A stretch of DNA of 63,883 nt from an uncultured Legionellales bacterium (GCA_913045195.1 CAJWQR010000004.1:1-63883), one strand, 5' to 3'; numbered from the stretch's first letter, positions 21,673-33,098 are shown. Notes: a model not told the origin generated them from the sequence alone. A program made the numbers and translations.

Positions 21673-23883
21673 ATGACAGCTAAAAATATTTTCTTAAGTG
21701 TTGCCATACCAACACCACTAAGACGTCTATTCGATTATCTGCCTGTGGAAATCACAGACCATAGAATACTTCAGCCAGGCCTAAGAGTTTCAGTGTCATT
21801 TGGTAAACGCAAAAATATTACTGGCATTATTGTTGCCATTAACAATAAAACTAATCACCCCCGACATAAATTAAAAAAAATTAACTGTATTATTGATGAC
21901 AAACCTATAGTAAATATTGAGCATTTAAATTTTTTGAATTGGGCGAGCAACTATTATCACTATCCTATTGGAGAAGTAATTTATAACGCTTTGCCTATAT
22001 TATTAAGAAAGAATAACTCGATAACCGATTATGAATATTACTATTGGTCTCTATCAAATAAACAATCCTCATCTGATATAAATTCAAAAAATATTTCATT
22101 AGTACAAATTAAAATACTTAACTATTTTCAGAAGAATAAAACGCCAATTAATGAATTTGAACTATATAAAATTTTCCCTAGAGCAAAACGCTCACTTCTT
22201 GCCCTTGAAAAAGTAGGATTAATAAAGAAAGAAACTGAAAAGAAACTAGAAAATTCAACAAAAATAAATAAAAGGTCTATTAAACTAAATGAGAATCAAA
22301 ATACTGCTATTAATAAAATTCTTGATTTAATAAACACCAATTCAGTTTTCTTACTTGATGGGATAACTGGTAGTGGTAAAACTGAAGTCTATATGTCAGT
22401 CATGGAATCCGTTATTAAGTCTAAAAAACAATGTTTGGTTTTATTGCCAGAGATTGGCTTAACCCCACAACTAATACAACGTTTTAAAGATCGATTTAAA
22501 GTACATATGGCTATACAACATTCTGGTCTTTCCGCTAGCGAAAGGCTTAAATATTGGCAAGATGCAAAAACAGGTAAAGCAAAAATTGTATTGGGAACAC
22601 GTTCTGCCGTTTGGACACCCCTCCTAAATCCCGGTATCTATATTGTAGATGAAGAACATGACCTTTCTTACAAACAACATAGTGGCTTCCAATACTCGGC
22701 GAGAGATTTGATGATTGTTCGTGCGAATCGAGATGGTGTCCCCGCAATATTAGGCTCTGCTACCCCTTCATTAGAAACAATTCATAACACTGAAAAAAAT
22801 CGATATATACACTTAGTTTTACCTGTTAGGGCTGGTGTTGCAAAACAACCTAAATATAAATTACTCGACATAAAAAATAAAAAAATGCACGGGCCATTGT
22901 CACAAATACTCATTAATGAAATCGATAAAAATTTAAAAACTAATAATCAAATACTGTTATTTCTAAATAGAAGAGGTTATGCAACACATCTTTACTGTCA
23001 TCATTGTTGCTGGAAAGCAGAATGTGACAGGTGTGAAATACCCCTTACCTATCATAAATCTAATAATCGTCTTAATTGCCATCACTGTGGCTCATCTAAG
23101 AAAAATATAAAAAACTGTCCTTTATGTGCGTCAGAGTTACTTCGACTTGGGCATGGAACTGAGAGAATTGAAGAGGTACTCTCAAAAATATTCCCTAAAT
23201 CGAATATTGCGAGGATTGATCGTGATACAACACAAAAAAAAGATTCGATGGACAAATATCTAAGTAAAGTACACTCCGGTCAAATTGATATTTTAATCGG
23301 TACCCAAATGATCGCAAAAGGACATCATTTTCCTAAAGTTACTTTGGCTGCAATTGTTGATGCGGATCGTGGATTATTCTCCACTGACTTTCGTGCTGGC
23401 GAAAGATTAGCGCAACTCTTTATGCAAGTGAGTGGTCGAACGGGGAGAGGTGAAAGAGAAGGCATGGTTATTGTGCAAACATATAATCCTGAACATCAGT
23501 TATTTCATAACCTAATTAAACATGGATATAATTATCTTGCTAAATCATTATTGAAAGAAAGAAAATGTTCATCATTACCGCCATATTCATACATGGCGTT
23601 ATTAAGGGTAGAAGCGCATAATATTGAAGAGATAAAACACTTTATTAAACATGCTAGTATACAATTGAAACAGTTATCAAAAAATAAGTTGCTATTGTTT
23701 GGTCCAATCCCAGCCATAATAGAAAAACATGGCGGACGCTTTCGCTACCAATTAATTATTCAAGCAACGAATAGAAAAATTTTACATGAACATCTGGATA
23801 AATGGTTAGAAAATCTTGAAAAAACAAAAAATTCAAAAAAAGTTCGCTGGTCATTAGATATAGACCCACAAGATATGAACTAA
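21673..23883 (+). CDS. priA: primosomal replication protein N' (helicase PriA)
   Basis: 736 aa with Walker A GITGSGKTEVY, DEEHD, and the Cys-rich zinc region CHHCCW..CDRC..CHHCG..CPLC. Confidence 0.95.
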   Translation: MTAKNIFLSVAIPTPLRRLFDYLPVEITDHRILQPGLRVSVSFGKRKNITGIIVAINNKTNHPRHKLKKINCIIDDKPIVNIEHLNFLNWASNYYHYPIGEVIYNALPILLRKNNSITDYEYYYWSLSNKQSSSDINSKNISLVQIKILNYFQKNKTPINEFELYKIFPRAKRSLLALEKVGLIKKETEKKLENSTKINKRSIKLNENQNTAINKILDLINTNSVFLLDGITGSGKTEVYMSVMESVIKSKKQCLVLLPEIGLTPQLIQRFKDRFKVHMAIQHSGLSASERLKYWQDAKTGKAKIVLGTRSAVWTPLLNPGIYIVDEEHDLSYKQHSGFQYSARDLMIVRANRDGVPAILGSATPSLETIHNTEKNRYIHLVLPVRAGVAKQPKYKLLDIKNKKMHGPLSQILINEIDKNLKTNNQILLFLNRRGYATHLYCHHCCWKAECDRCEIPLTYHKSNNRLNCHHCGSSKKNIKNCPLCASELLRLGHGTERIEEVLSKIFPKSNIARIDRDTTQKKDSMDKYLSKVHSGQIDILIGTQMIAKGHHFPKVTLAAIVDADRGLFSTDFRAGERLAQLFMQVSGRTGRGEREGMVIVQTYNPEHQLFHNLIKHGYNYLAKSLLKERKCSSLPPYSYMALLRVEAHNIEEIKHFIKHASIQLKQLSKNKLLLFGPIPAIIEKHGGRFRYQLIIQATNRKILHEHLDKWLENLEKTKNSKKVRWSLDIDPQDMN

Positions 23884-23894
23884 GCAATTAATTA

Positions 23895-24554
23895 ATGAGC
23901 AATATAATCAAAAACTCTCTGCTATTTCTATTTACCTCCCTATTGGTAATAAATATTTCGTCTGCGTCAAGTAATGAACTTGAAGTTAAAATAAGTAATG
24001 ACATTGACTTTATTGATGTAAAGCATAAAGGAAAAGAAATTAGAATTCAGAGAAACCAGTCGCCTAATAATTTAGTTAATCCTGAGTATGCAAAAACCTC
24101 AAGAAAATGCCCGCCATTTTGTATACAGCCACATAATCTTGGGCGGGGTGTTGAGACGGTTGGAGAATTGGAATTGTTAAACTATCTAAGAAAAATCTCC
24201 AGTGGAGATAATTCTATTCTAATTATTGATTCACGTACGGAGGATTGGGTTAGAAAGGGTACCATTCCAGGATCAATCAATATTCCTTGGGTTTTATTAA
24301 AGCCAGAAGCCGGGGCTGACCCTTTCCAAATAGCAGAGATTCTAGAAAAAAAATTTGGCGTAATGAATATTGAAGGATTATGGAATTTTTCAAATGTAAA
24401 AACACTAGTACTCTTTTGCAATGGCATATGGTGTGGCCAATCACCTTCCAATATCAAAACATTACTCAGGTTTGGTTATCCGGCTGAAAAACTTAAATGG
24501 TATCGTGGTGGTATGCAGAACTGGGAAATTCTTGGATTAACTGTAGTTAAATAG
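23895..24554 (+). CDS. secreted rhodanese-domain protein
   Basis: It has a signal peptide (LLFLFTSLLVINISSASS) and a rhodanese fold with the loop FCNGIWCGQS. Confidence 0.7.
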   Translation: MSNIIKNSLLFLFTSLLVINISSASSNELEVKISNDIDFIDVKHKGKEIRIQRNQSPNNLVNPEYAKTSRKCPPFCIQPHNLGRGVETVGELELLNYLRKISSGDNSILIIDSRTEDWVRKGTIPGSINIPWVLLKPEAGADPFQIAEILEKKFGVMNIEGLWNFSNVKTLVLFCNGIWCGQSPSNIKTLLRFGYPAEKLKWYRGGMQNWEILGLTVVK

Positions 24555-24627
24555 GCCGCTCTAATCAACTTCTCTTGTTTTATTAAAACTAATACAATAA
24601 CGCCACTTTTTTTCTGAGATGGTTTAA

Positions 24628-26376
24628 TTGAAAAAACAACTCCAAGCATTACTTGACCAATCCCTACGAGTACTCGAATCCGAGGGAATGGTAATCACAG
24701 TTAAACAAGACGACATTAAAATTGAGTACAGCCGTGATCCATTACATGGTGATTTTGCTAGTAATTTAGCCATGGTATTAGCGAAATCTTGTAACTGTAA
24801 CCCGCGTGAATTAGCAAATAGAATTACTGAAAACCTCCCAAAATCAGATTTAATAAAACGAACTGAGATTGCGGGCCCTGGATTTATTAACTTTTTTCTA
24901 AATCAGAATTCATATCAATCTGTAGTGCTCGAAATTTTAGAAAAAGGTGAAACATATGGAAATTCTAAAATCGGAGATAATCAATCGACATTAATTGAAT
25001 TTGTTTCAGCAAACCCAACTGGTCCTCTACATATCGGTCATGGTAGAGGAGCTGCTTACGGCGCCGCAATAGCTAATTTGCTTAAAAAAACTGGCTTCAA
25101 TATTCATTGTGAATATTATGTAAATGATTCCGGCAGACAGATGGATATCCTAACAGTTAGCGCTTGGATGCGTTACCTGCAACAACATGATAAAGAAATT
25201 TGTTTCCCGGAAAATGCCTATAAGGGTCATTATATAACGGATATTGCTGCTGACTTAAAAAATAAATATGCGAATAAATTTGTAACTCCCCATAAAGATA
25301 TTCTGGATTTACTAGATAAAAAAGAAGAAGCAGATATAAAAATTGATAAATTAATTAAGCATTGCGCCAGCATACTTGGGATGGAAAATTATCGTCTCAT
25401 TTTAGAAACATGCCTAGATTCAATACTATCTTCTATTAAAAATGATCTGAGTGAATTTGGTGTTGAATTTAATAATTGGTATTCTGAATATTCTCTGCTT
25501 AAAAACAATTCAGTTAATCAATGTATTGCAAAACTAAATGACAGATCTTGGGTTTATCAAAAAGATGGGGCTGAATGGTTCCGCTCTAGTAAGCTTGGAG
25601 ACGAAAAGGACCGTGTGCTAGTAAGGGAAAATGGTCAAAAAACTTATTTTGCCTCTGATATTGCATATCATCTTTCTAAATTTGAACGTGGTTATAAAAA
25701 GATAATAAATATTTGGGGTGCTGATCATCATGGATATATTGAAAGAATTAAGGCCTCAATGAAAGCCCTTGATTATCCTCCCGAGGCAATAAGAATATTA
25801 CTTGTGCAATTTGCAACGCTCTTTAGAGGTAAAGAAAAATTACAAATGTCCACGAGATCGGGTGAATTTATTACTTTGAAAGAATTAATAAATGAAGTTG
25901 GCAAAGATGCTGCTCGCTTTTTCTATATAATGAGAAAGAACGAACAGCATTTAGATTTTGACTTAGAACTCGCTAAATCTGAATCAAATGATAATCCGGT
26001 ATATTACATTCAATACGCACACGCGAGAATTTGTAGTGTATTCCGCCAAATGAATGAGAAAGGATATACTTTTTTCCAATCAAAAAAACTTTCAGATTTA
26101 TCAACATTAACAGAAGATCATGAAATTAAATTACTTAGATCTCTCGCTAAATATCCTGATGTAATCGAAAACGCGGCTGTTGCCTTTGAGCCGCATCAAC
26201 TAGCATATTATTTAAAAGATCTTGCAAACGATTTTCATACTTACTATAACGTTAACCAAATCTTAGTTGAAGATGATTTAATTAGGAATGCACGCTTATC
26301 ACTTGTAGATGCTACAAGACAGGTGATAAGAAACGGATTATTACAATTAGGGGTAAGTTCTCCAGAGAAAATGTAA
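24628..26376 (+). CDS. argS: arginine--tRNA ligase
   Basis: 582 aa with a TTG start. It has the class I HIGH motif (PTGPLHIGHGRGA) and a KMSTR-like QMSTRSG. Confidence 0.95.
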   Translation: MKKQLQALLDQSLRVLESEGMVITVKQDDIKIEYSRDPLHGDFASNLAMVLAKSCNCNPRELANRITENLPKSDLIKRTEIAGPGFINFFLNQNSYQSVVLEILEKGETYGNSKIGDNQSTLIEFVSANPTGPLHIGHGRGAAYGAAIANLLKKTGFNIHCEYYVNDSGRQMDILTVSAWMRYLQQHDKEICFPENAYKGHYITDIAADLKNKYANKFVTPHKDILDLLDKKEEADIKIDKLIKHCASILGMENYRLILETCLDSILSSIKNDLSEFGVEFNNWYSEYSLLKNNSVNQCIAKLNDRSWVYQKDGAEWFRSSKLGDEKDRVLVRENGQKTYFASDIAYHLSKFERGYKKIINIWGADHHGYIERIKASMKALDYPPEAIRILLVQFATLFRGKEKLQMSTRSGEFITLKELINEVGKDAARFFYIMRKNEQHLDFDLELAKSESNDNPVYYIQYAHARICSVFRQMNEKGYTFFQSKKLSDLSTLTEDHEIKLLRSLAKYPDVIENAAVAFEPHQLAYYLKDLANDFHTYYNVNQILVEDDLIRNARLSLVDATRQVIRNGLLQLGVSSPEKM

Positions 26377-26951
26377 TGCCACGAGATTATAAAAATATAA
26401 AAAATAATATATCAGAGCCCAAAATAAAAAATACCAGTAATCTATTTGCTTTTTTAATTGGATTGGTGTTGGGCACATTTGCAACCAGTATTTATTTTAA
26501 TCAAAATGAAAAAATGTATGATGTAAAATCGTCATTTGATGAAAATCATTCAGATAAGGAAAATGAAAATATTGAAACTATAAACACAAAAGAAATAATG
26601 TTCGATTTTCCAACAATTCTAGAAGAAAGAACAGTAGAAGAAGTTACTGAAAAAATATACCCAGAAACACAAATAAATATTGATAAAAGTGAAAAAATTA
26701 CGAAATATATTATTCAAGTTGGTTCTTTTAAAAATTTTGAATCGGCGGATGCTATAAAAGCAAAACTTGCTTTTTCAGGGCTATCTGCATATATAGAAAA
26801 AACAAATATAATTGGTATAGGTATTAGCTTTCGTGTTTTCGTTGGGCCATTTATAGATAAAGAAAAGAAGGACACTGCGGAAAAAATACTGGCAGCTAAT
26901 AACATAGACTCTGTAACTATAGAACAGAAAATTGAAAATAAACAAATGTAA
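26376..26951 (+). CDS. SPOR-domain membrane protein (FtsN/DedD-like)
   Basis: It has one TM segment (LFAFLIGLVLGTFATSIYF). The C-terminus YIIQVGSFKNFESADAIKAKL...FRVFVGPF is SPOR-like. Its start overlaps the argS stop. Confidence 0.75.
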   Translation: MPRDYKNIKNNISEPKIKNTSNLFAFLIGLVLGTFATSIYFNQNEKMYDVKSSFDENHSDKENENIETINTKEIMFDFPTILEERTVEEVTEKIYPETQINIDKSEKITKYIIQVGSFKNFESADAIKAKLAFSGLSAYIEKTNIIGIGISFRVFVGPFIDKEKKDTAEKILAANNIDSVTIEQKIENKQM

Positions 26952-27150
26952 TTTGATACAAAAAATAAAAATTTACTATTGAATTAAGCTGCAAAATCAT
27001 AATTCCACATACCAATAAGTTGAACTGCGTCACTAAATCTCAAAGTCCCTTAGTAATAAACCATTAAATTCTGATATTTTGTTACCCTGTAGTAATAAGA
27101 AATTGGCTTTTACATAGAATTTAGACTCAGCAAATGGATATGATTTTATA

Positions 27151-27525
27151 ATGAGCGAATATAAACGAACCGTTGTTCTCGTTGATGATAATGTAACTTC
27201 TCATAAGTTTTTTCAACGAAGTGTTGAAAATTTATCAATTGACCTCAAAACTTATGTGGGCATAGAGGCGGCAATGGAATATCTTGCCAATAATAAGCCC
27301 AGTTTGCTTTTCCTAAATATTATTATGCCAGATAAAAACGGGCTAACCTTCCTTGAGGAATTAAGAAAAATGCCTCTCCATAGTGATACTAGAGTGATAA
27401 TGATTACATCTAAGGATTATAGCCAAGATCGAACGATTGCTTTTGAGCTAGGAGCGCTTGATTTTATTGTTAAACCAATGTCAATGCGATCTATTACCAG
27501 TATAATGCTCGAGTATATAAAATAA
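27151..27525 (+). CDS. stand-alone response-regulator receiver (CheY-like)
   Basis: 124 aa. Receiver residues are recognisable in VLVDDN, FLNIIMPDKNG, ITSKD and VKP. Confidence 0.85.
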   Translation: MSEYKRTVVLVDDNVTSHKFFQRSVENLSIDLKTYVGIEAAMEYLANNKPSLLFLNIIMPDKNGLTFLEELRKMPLHSDTRVIMITSKDYSQDRTIAFELGALDFIVKPMSMRSITSIMLEYIK

Positions 27526-27570
27526 TAATAATTTGTTTAATCCATTTAATACTTACTAGAAATTTAAAGT

Positions 27571-28482
27571 ATGGCAAAATCTTATATCCGCTTTTGGGGT
27601 GTACGGGGTTCTTATACCGCACCATTTAAAACCCACCTAGAAGTAGGCGGTAATACACCCTGCGTTGAAATCAATATAGATGACCATGTGCTTATTTGTG
27701 ATGCTGGGACAGGTATTATACCTTTTGGAAATAAATTAATATATGATGACAAACATAAAGAGCTGCTAATATTATTATCGCATTTTCATTGGGATCATAT
27801 TTCCGGCCTACCCTTCTTCGTCCCCGCATTTCATTCAAAATACAATATCAGTTTCTTTGGTCCTGGAGATTCAAAAGAAGTAATAAAAAAATATATTGAT
27901 AACCAAATGAAAGCGCCTTACTTTCCTGTAGGCACTGAGGAGTGGTTGGCAAAAATATCTTATCTCGACCCAAAACAAAAAAAACTAGCTTATGGTCCGA
28001 TGGAAATTTCATATTACAGCGCTCACCACCCGGGAATAACGTATGGATACAAGATAAAAGCCAAAAACAAAACCATAATATATATCCCAGATAATGAATG
28101 CTTATTTCTAGATAAATCAATCAAAGAAAAATTGAAGGGTTTTACTGAGGAAGAAACAACCATGTTTACGGAAATGAATCGTGAAGAGTATCAAGCGGAA
28201 GTTAATACAATAGCTAATACTGATATATTAATTCATGATGCGCAATATACCCCTCAAGACTACGAAAAGAAAAAAGGCTGGGGTCACTCTTGCTATATCG
28301 ACGTAGTTAATATGGCGATTGATGCTAAGGTTAAGAATCTATTTTTATTTTCACATGACCCAAATAATGATGATGAAACAGTAAGTAATATCCACAGAGA
28401 ATGCCAAAATATTATTACAGAAAAAAAATCATCATTAAGATGTCATATTGCAAAAGAAGTTCTAGAAATTAGTCTGGACTAA
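27571..28482 (+). CDS. MBL-fold metallo-hydrolase
   Basis: 303 aa with the HFHWDH motif followed by further His/Asp ligands. It is paired with the receiver gene upstream. Confidence 0.8.
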   Translation: MAKSYIRFWGVRGSYTAPFKTHLEVGGNTPCVEINIDDHVLICDAGTGIIPFGNKLIYDDKHKELLILLSHFHWDHISGLPFFVPAFHSKYNISFFGPGDSKEVIKKYIDNQMKAPYFPVGTEEWLAKISYLDPKQKKLAYGPMEISYYSAHHPGITYGYKIKAKNKTIIYIPDNECLFLDKSIKEKLKGFTEEETTMFTEMNREEYQAEVNTIANTDILIHDAQYTPQDYEKKKGWGHSCYIDVVNMAIDAKVKNLFLFSHDPNNDDETVSNIHRECQNIITEKKSSLRCHIAKEVLEISLD

Positions 28483-28491
28483 TAATCTGAA

Positions 28492-28689
28492 ATGAAGGTT
28501 TTACTAAATGGCTCCTCTTACTCAATAGAAGATAATTGCTCGGTTGTCGCCTTAATTAAAAATCTAGAACTAAATGGAAAATATGCTATCGAAATAAATC
28601 AAACTATTATTCCAAGAAGTAAATACAGCAATCAAAAAATAAATAGTGGAGATAAAATTGAAATTGTTCAAGCTATTGGTGGTGGATAG
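28492..28689 (+). CDS. thiS: sulfur-carrier protein ThiS
   Basis: 65 aa ending in GG, immediately upstream of thiG. Confidence 0.85.
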   Translation: MKVLLNGSSYSIEDNCSVVALIKNLELNGKYAIEINQTIIPRSKYSNQKINSGDKIEIVQAIGGG

Positions 28690-28718
28690 CATTACATCTG
28701 TCAATGTAAAAGATACTT

Positions 28719-29510
28719 ATGACAAACTCTCATACGGATAAATTTACAATTGCGGATTCTAAATATTCCTCTAGATTACTAGTCGGTACCGGAAAGTATA
28801 AGAATTCAGAACAAACAAAATCTGCTATTGATAAAAGCGGTGCCGAAATTGTAACTGTGGCGATTAGGCGTACTAATCTTGGTCAGAAAAAAAATGAACC
28901 AAATCTACTTGATATAATTCCGCCTGATAAATATACAATTCTACCTAACACCGCGGGTTGCTACGATGCTGCATCTGCGGTCAGAACTTGTCAGTTGGCT
29001 AGAGAACTACTAAATGGCCATGATTTAGTCAAACTTGAAGTATTGGCTGATGAAAAAACACTTTTCCCCGACATCACACAAACTTTAGATGCTGCGAAAA
29101 AACTTATAGATGATAATTTTAAAGTTATGGTCTACACCACCGATGACCCAATTATCGCTAAACGTTTGGAAGAGATTGGTTGTGTTGCCGTTATGCCGCT
29201 CGCGGCACCAATTGGTTCCGGTCTTGGTATTCAGAACCCCTATAATATTCGCACTATAGTTGAAAATGCATCCGTACCAATAATTGTAGATGCGGGCGTA
29301 GGTACAGCATCAGATGCATCAATTGCTATGGAGCTGGGGTGTGATGGCGTGTTAATGAACACAGCTATTGCAGAAGCTAAAAATCCTACACTAATGGCAA
29401 GTGCAATGAAAAAGGCGATTCAAGCAGGAAGAGAGGCCTATCTTGCCGGACGCATGCCAAAACGCGCCTATGCAAGCGCTTCTTCCCCGATTGATGGCCG
29501 TTTTTTTTAA
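28719..29510 (+). CDS. thiG: thiazole synthase
   Basis: 263 aa. It contains RLLVGTGKY...VTVAIRR...LPNTAG and is ThiG-like over its full length. Confidence 0.95.
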   Translation: MTNSHTDKFTIADSKYSSRLLVGTGKYKNSEQTKSAIDKSGAEIVTVAIRRTNLGQKKNEPNLLDIIPPDKYTILPNTAGCYDAASAVRTCQLARELLNGHDLVKLEVLADEKTLFPDITQTLDAAKKLIDDNFKVMVYTTDDPIIAKRLEEIGCVAVMPLAAPIGSGLGIQNPYNIRTIVENASVPIIVDAGVGTASDASIAMELGCDGVLMNTAIAEAKNPTLMASAMKKAIQAGREAYLAGRMPKRAYASASSPIDGRFF

Positions 29511-29540
29511 TCAATTTTTCACGCCGCTCGAGTAAGAATA

Positions 29541-30239
29541 TTGATTTTCATAAAAAATAATATAGCAAGCACGCGTCCAATAAGAAGCTATGTAAAGCGT
29601 GAAGGACGGCTCACAAAATCACAGCTTCATGGTTTAAATAATTACTGGATTAAATATGGACTTGAATACAACTCTAAAATAATTAATTTTGAAAAAATTT
29701 TTAAAAGCCATGGCCCAATAATTCTGGATATTGGTGTTGGTGCAGGAGAATCAACTATTAATCATGCAAAATTACATCCAGAAAATAATTATTTAGCAGT
29801 TGAGGTACACCGACCAGGAATAGGGCAATTATTAAATAAAATAGAATCGGCCGCTCTAAAGAACATAAAAATTATTCAATATGATGTCATGGATATTCTT
29901 AACAAACAAATACCCAACCGTTCTTTAAGTCAGGTCTTTATCTTCTTCCCCGACCCATGGCCTAAAAAAAGACACCACAAACGTCGTCTTGTTAGCCAAA
30001 AACTAATAAAACTTCTAAAAGAAAAACTTGTTACCCATGGTCGCTTACACATTGCAACTGACTGGAAAGATTATGCAGAATATATTATAGAGCTTGCTAG
30101 TAATGATTCGGGGTTAATTAATTTAGCTGGTGAGAATAATTTTTCGCCAAGACCGCTATGGAGAACTGAAACACGCTATGAATGCCGAGGTAAAAAATTA
30201 GAGCATAAGGTTTGGGATTTTTGTTATGGCTTAAAATGA
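29541..30239 (+). CDS. trmB: tRNA (guanine-N7)-methyltransferase
   Basis: It has RSYVKREGRLTKSQ, the SAM-site sequence LDIGVGAGES, and FFPDPWPKKRHHKRR. The start codon is uncertain; the track uses TTG. Confidence 0.9.
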   Translation: MIFIKNNIASTRPIRSYVKREGRLTKSQLHGLNNYWIKYGLEYNSKIINFEKIFKSHGPIILDIGVGAGESTINHAKLHPENNYLAVEVHRPGIGQLLNKIESAALKNIKIIQYDVMDILNKQIPNRSLSQVFIFFPDPWPKKRHHKRRLVSQKLIKLLKEKLVTHGRLHIATDWKDYAEYIIELASNDSGLINLAGENNFSPRPLWRTETRYECRGKKLEHKVWDFCYGLK

Positions 30240-30243
30240 GATT

Positions 30244-30918
30244 TTAAAAAACAACTCCATCAAAAGAATAAACTGCCTCAAATTCTTCCGAATTTTGATT
30301 TGGCTTCTGACTATTAGGTTTTGCCACCGTCAAGAGATGTTTAATTCCAAATTCTCTAGCAGTTCTCAATACAGTCAAATTATCATCAATTAGTAAAGTC
30401 TTGTTTTCATCAAATGGAATTTTGAATTTTAATTTTTCCCAAAAAGCATTTTCTTCTTTTGCGTGACCAATTGAATGAGAACTAATTATCTCACTAAAAA
30501 AAGTATCAATCCCTGTTTCTTCGGTTTTCATTCTAATCAGTTTCTCATGCGCATTGGTAACCATTATTAGTGAAAGATCTGAATCATTTAAACGCCGTAA
30601 GAATGACTCTGCATGGGGCCTGTATTTGATTAGATGTTGAACATCCGCTTTCAATGCAAATACATCAAAATTTAGTTTTTGAGTCCAAAAATCAAGACAA
30701 TACCAAGAAAGTGTCCCCGATTCCTTTTCATACCAATCCAGTAACTTAACCTTGGCTTCCTGAGTACTCATATTATTCTTTTTGGCCCATTGTTCGGGTA
30801 AGTATTCTTGCCAAAAATAATAATCGAAATACAAATCGAGCAGTGTGCCGTCCATATCAAATAGCACGGTTTTTATCTCTTTCCAGTTAATTATAGGTTC
30901 CATGTTGTCTAAAGACAT
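30244..30918 (-). CDS. HAD-superfamily hydrolase (YrfG-like nucleotidase)
   Basis: 224 aa with HAD motif I (LFDMDGTLLD) and motifs II to IV (VTNA, IDDN). Confidence 0.8.
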   Translation of the reverse strand: MSLDNMEPIINWKEIKTVLFDMDGTLLDLYFDYYFWQEYLPEQWAKKNNMSTQEAKVKLLDWYEKESGTLSWYCLDFWTQKLNFDVFALKADVQHLIKYRPHAESFLRRLNDSDLSLIMVTNAHEKLIRMKTEETGIDTFFSEIISSHSIGHAKEENAFWEKLKFKIPFDENKTLLIDDNLTVLRTAREFGIKHLLTVAKPNSQKPNQNSEEFEAVYSFDGVVF

Positions 30919-30963
30919 ATAAAATAGATTTTAATTAATGTTTAGGATAACAAAGCCAAACAA

Positions 30964-31776
30964 ATGAATAAAATAGATCATAATAATCTACCTGAGTTAC
31001 TATTAGAGGTAGATAAAATAGCTCGTAAGGCTGGCAGAAAAATATTAGAAATTTATGAAACAGATTTCTCTGTTACTAGTAAAGAAGACAATTCACCACT
31101 AACAGCAGCAGATACTGCGGCACATGAAATAATTTTCCATTGTCTTTCAAAGCTCGCCCCAACCATACCAATTCTATCAGAAGAATCTTCACATATTGAT
31201 TTTTCCGAAAGAAAGAAATGGTCGCAATACTGGCTCGTTGACCCGCTTGACGGAACACGTGAGTTTATTAAAAAAAATGGTGAATTCTCAGTCAATATAG
31301 CACTAATCGATGGGAATCAATCTGTATTAGGAGTCGTTTATATCCCCGTCATTGATACAAGTTATATAGCAACCACAGATTATGGCGCCTATAAATGTTA
31401 TGAAAAAAATAAAAAGAGAAGAATATCAGTTAGAAAAACAAATAAAAATGATATTACGGTTGCTGGTAGTCGTTCTCATGGAAATGAAAAACAAAGATCT
31501 TTCATTTCTAATTTGAAAAATGCAACAATTCTATCAATTGGTAGTTCACAAAAGTTCTGTCTTGTTGCAGAAGGTGAAGCTGACATATATCCGCGGTTTG
31601 GCCCTACTTCTGAATGGGATACAGCTGCAGCCCAGTGTGTCGTTGAAGAATCCGGCGGTAGTGTCGTCGATGAAAATTTTAATCCAATTAAATATAATAT
31701 AAAGGACTCATTAATTAATCCTTCGTTTTTTGTTATCGCTGATATGAGTTTCAATTGGAATAAATTTATTAATTAA
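30964..31776 (+). CDS. cysQ: 3'(2'),5'-bisphosphate nucleotidase
   Basis: 270 aa with the inositol-monophosphatase family motifs SEE...WLVDPLDGTREF and WDTAA. Confidence 0.9.
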   Translation: MNKIDHNNLPELLLEVDKIARKAGRKILEIYETDFSVTSKEDNSPLTAADTAAHEIIFHCLSKLAPTIPILSEESSHIDFSERKKWSQYWLVDPLDGTREFIKKNGEFSVNIALIDGNQSVLGVVYIPVIDTSYIATTDYGAYKCYEKNKKRRISVRKTNKNDITVAGSRSHGNEKQRSFISNLKNATILSIGSSQKFCLVAEGEADIYPRFGPTSEWDTAAAQCVVEESGGSVVDENFNPIKYNIKDSLINPSFFVIADMSFNWNKFIN

Positions 31777-31796
31777 TAAAAAACTATTTTACCTAA

Positions 31797-32468
31797 ATGA
31801 AAATTAAAATTTTAATTATTAAAACTTTAATGCTACTTATGTATATACCTGTAAGTGCAGATATGATGTACACCGCTGAAGTAACCGCGAGTTCATTAAA
31901 TATTAGATCTATCCCTAGTAATGAAGGGCGAATCATTGGTTCTTTATATAGAGGACAAAAAATTTTAGTGGCGCCGATGTCAACTGAATGGGTAAAAACT
32001 ATCATCGAAGGAAATGAGACTGGTTATGTTTCATCGATATACTTAAAAATGGTCAACTCAGACTCCATTAAAGAATTAAGTCATATTGATAATGATAAAA
32101 AAAAATGTAATCTTAAATTGGATAATGTTCATTTAAGTATCATAGATGTCAACATGCAATGTAAAGACAGTATAATAATAGATGGATATGAGTCTTGTAG
32201 TGCAAAATTTGATGTGGTTGTCGATTCATATTGCGATGAGATGGTAGACGTTGATATTAATTGTAATGCTGAATTTAAATACAGTACGAATGATGGTTTT
32301 ACCCCGTATATGACAACAGAAAGCAATGTGGGCACTGTCTATACAAAAAGCGGTAAAGGTAATGCCGTTATAGAAGTGAAATTAATACCTTTGACCGCAT
32401 CAGAGCCTGTTGTAAAAGTTGAGCTTGTAAATGGGATGTGCTCTGTTACCGCAACAAATTATTTTTGA
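31797..32468 (+). CDS. secreted protein with an SH3b-like domain and a Cys-rich C-terminal half (hypothetical)
   Basis: It has a signal peptide. SSLNIRSIPSNEGRIIGSLYRGQKILV...WVKTIIEGNETGYVSSIYL resembles a bacterial SH3 domain. The rest has no match I recognise. Confidence 0.55.
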   Translation: MKIKILIIKTLMLLMYIPVSADMMYTAEVTASSLNIRSIPSNEGRIIGSLYRGQKILVAPMSTEWVKTIIEGNETGYVSSIYLKMVNSDSIKELSHIDNDKKKCNLKLDNVHLSIIDVNMQCKDSIIIDGYESCSAKFDVVVDSYCDEMVDVDINCNAEFKYSTNDGFTPYMTTESNVGTVYTKSGKGNAVIEVKLIPLTASEPVVKVELVNGMCSVTATNYF

Positions 32469-32657
32469 TGCATTTTAAATTCTTAATCAGCCTGATAATA
32501 GAGAATATATGCATCCACCTGAAAAACCCGATCATAACTATCAAACTTTTTGCGTCACTTAACAAAGGAGTTTAGATTCTACTTGAAATCTATTCTATAA
32601 AAACAGAATATACGATTTAGCTAATATAAAAAATATAAATTTTAGGGATATTACCTA

Positions 32658-33071
32658 GTGAAAAAAATTCTATTTTTGATAATTTTATCAATCTCAAATT
32701 GGGCATATGCTGATTTATATGTATGTTCAATAGTCAATGTAGCTGGCTTGAATGACAATGGATATTTCGTTACTCATGGCTGGAAAGGAAATTATGTAAA
32801 GAGGCAATTTACTATTGATAATGAGTCTGGAAGTATTCTGAATACAACGGCTCTAAAAACTAGACTAAGTAATGGCGACAAGGATAATAAACCGGTTGTT
32901 ATCTCTACGAATAAAGATGATAACTCACTAAAAATTTTCACACATTTTAAAAACGATGGAACTTACGCATTATTTCAAATGAATGATTTTGATAAGGAGA
33001 GTATTGATAAACCCTATTTCTACCACACAGAAATTGGTATGATTTTATCTGGTACTTGCAAAATTAAATAA
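32658..33071 (+). CDS. small secreted hypothetical protein
   Basis: GTG start and signal peptide KKILFLIILSISNWAYA. I recognise no family. Confidence 0.45.
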   Translation: MKKILFLIILSISNWAYADLYVCSIVNVAGLNDNGYFVTHGWKGNYVKRQFTIDNESGSILNTTALKTRLSNGDKDNKPVVISTNKDDNSLKIFTHFKNDGTYALFQMNDFDKESIDKPYFYHTEIGMILSGTCKIK

Positions 33072-33098
33072 ATAGTTATGCTATAGCGCTTGAAACAC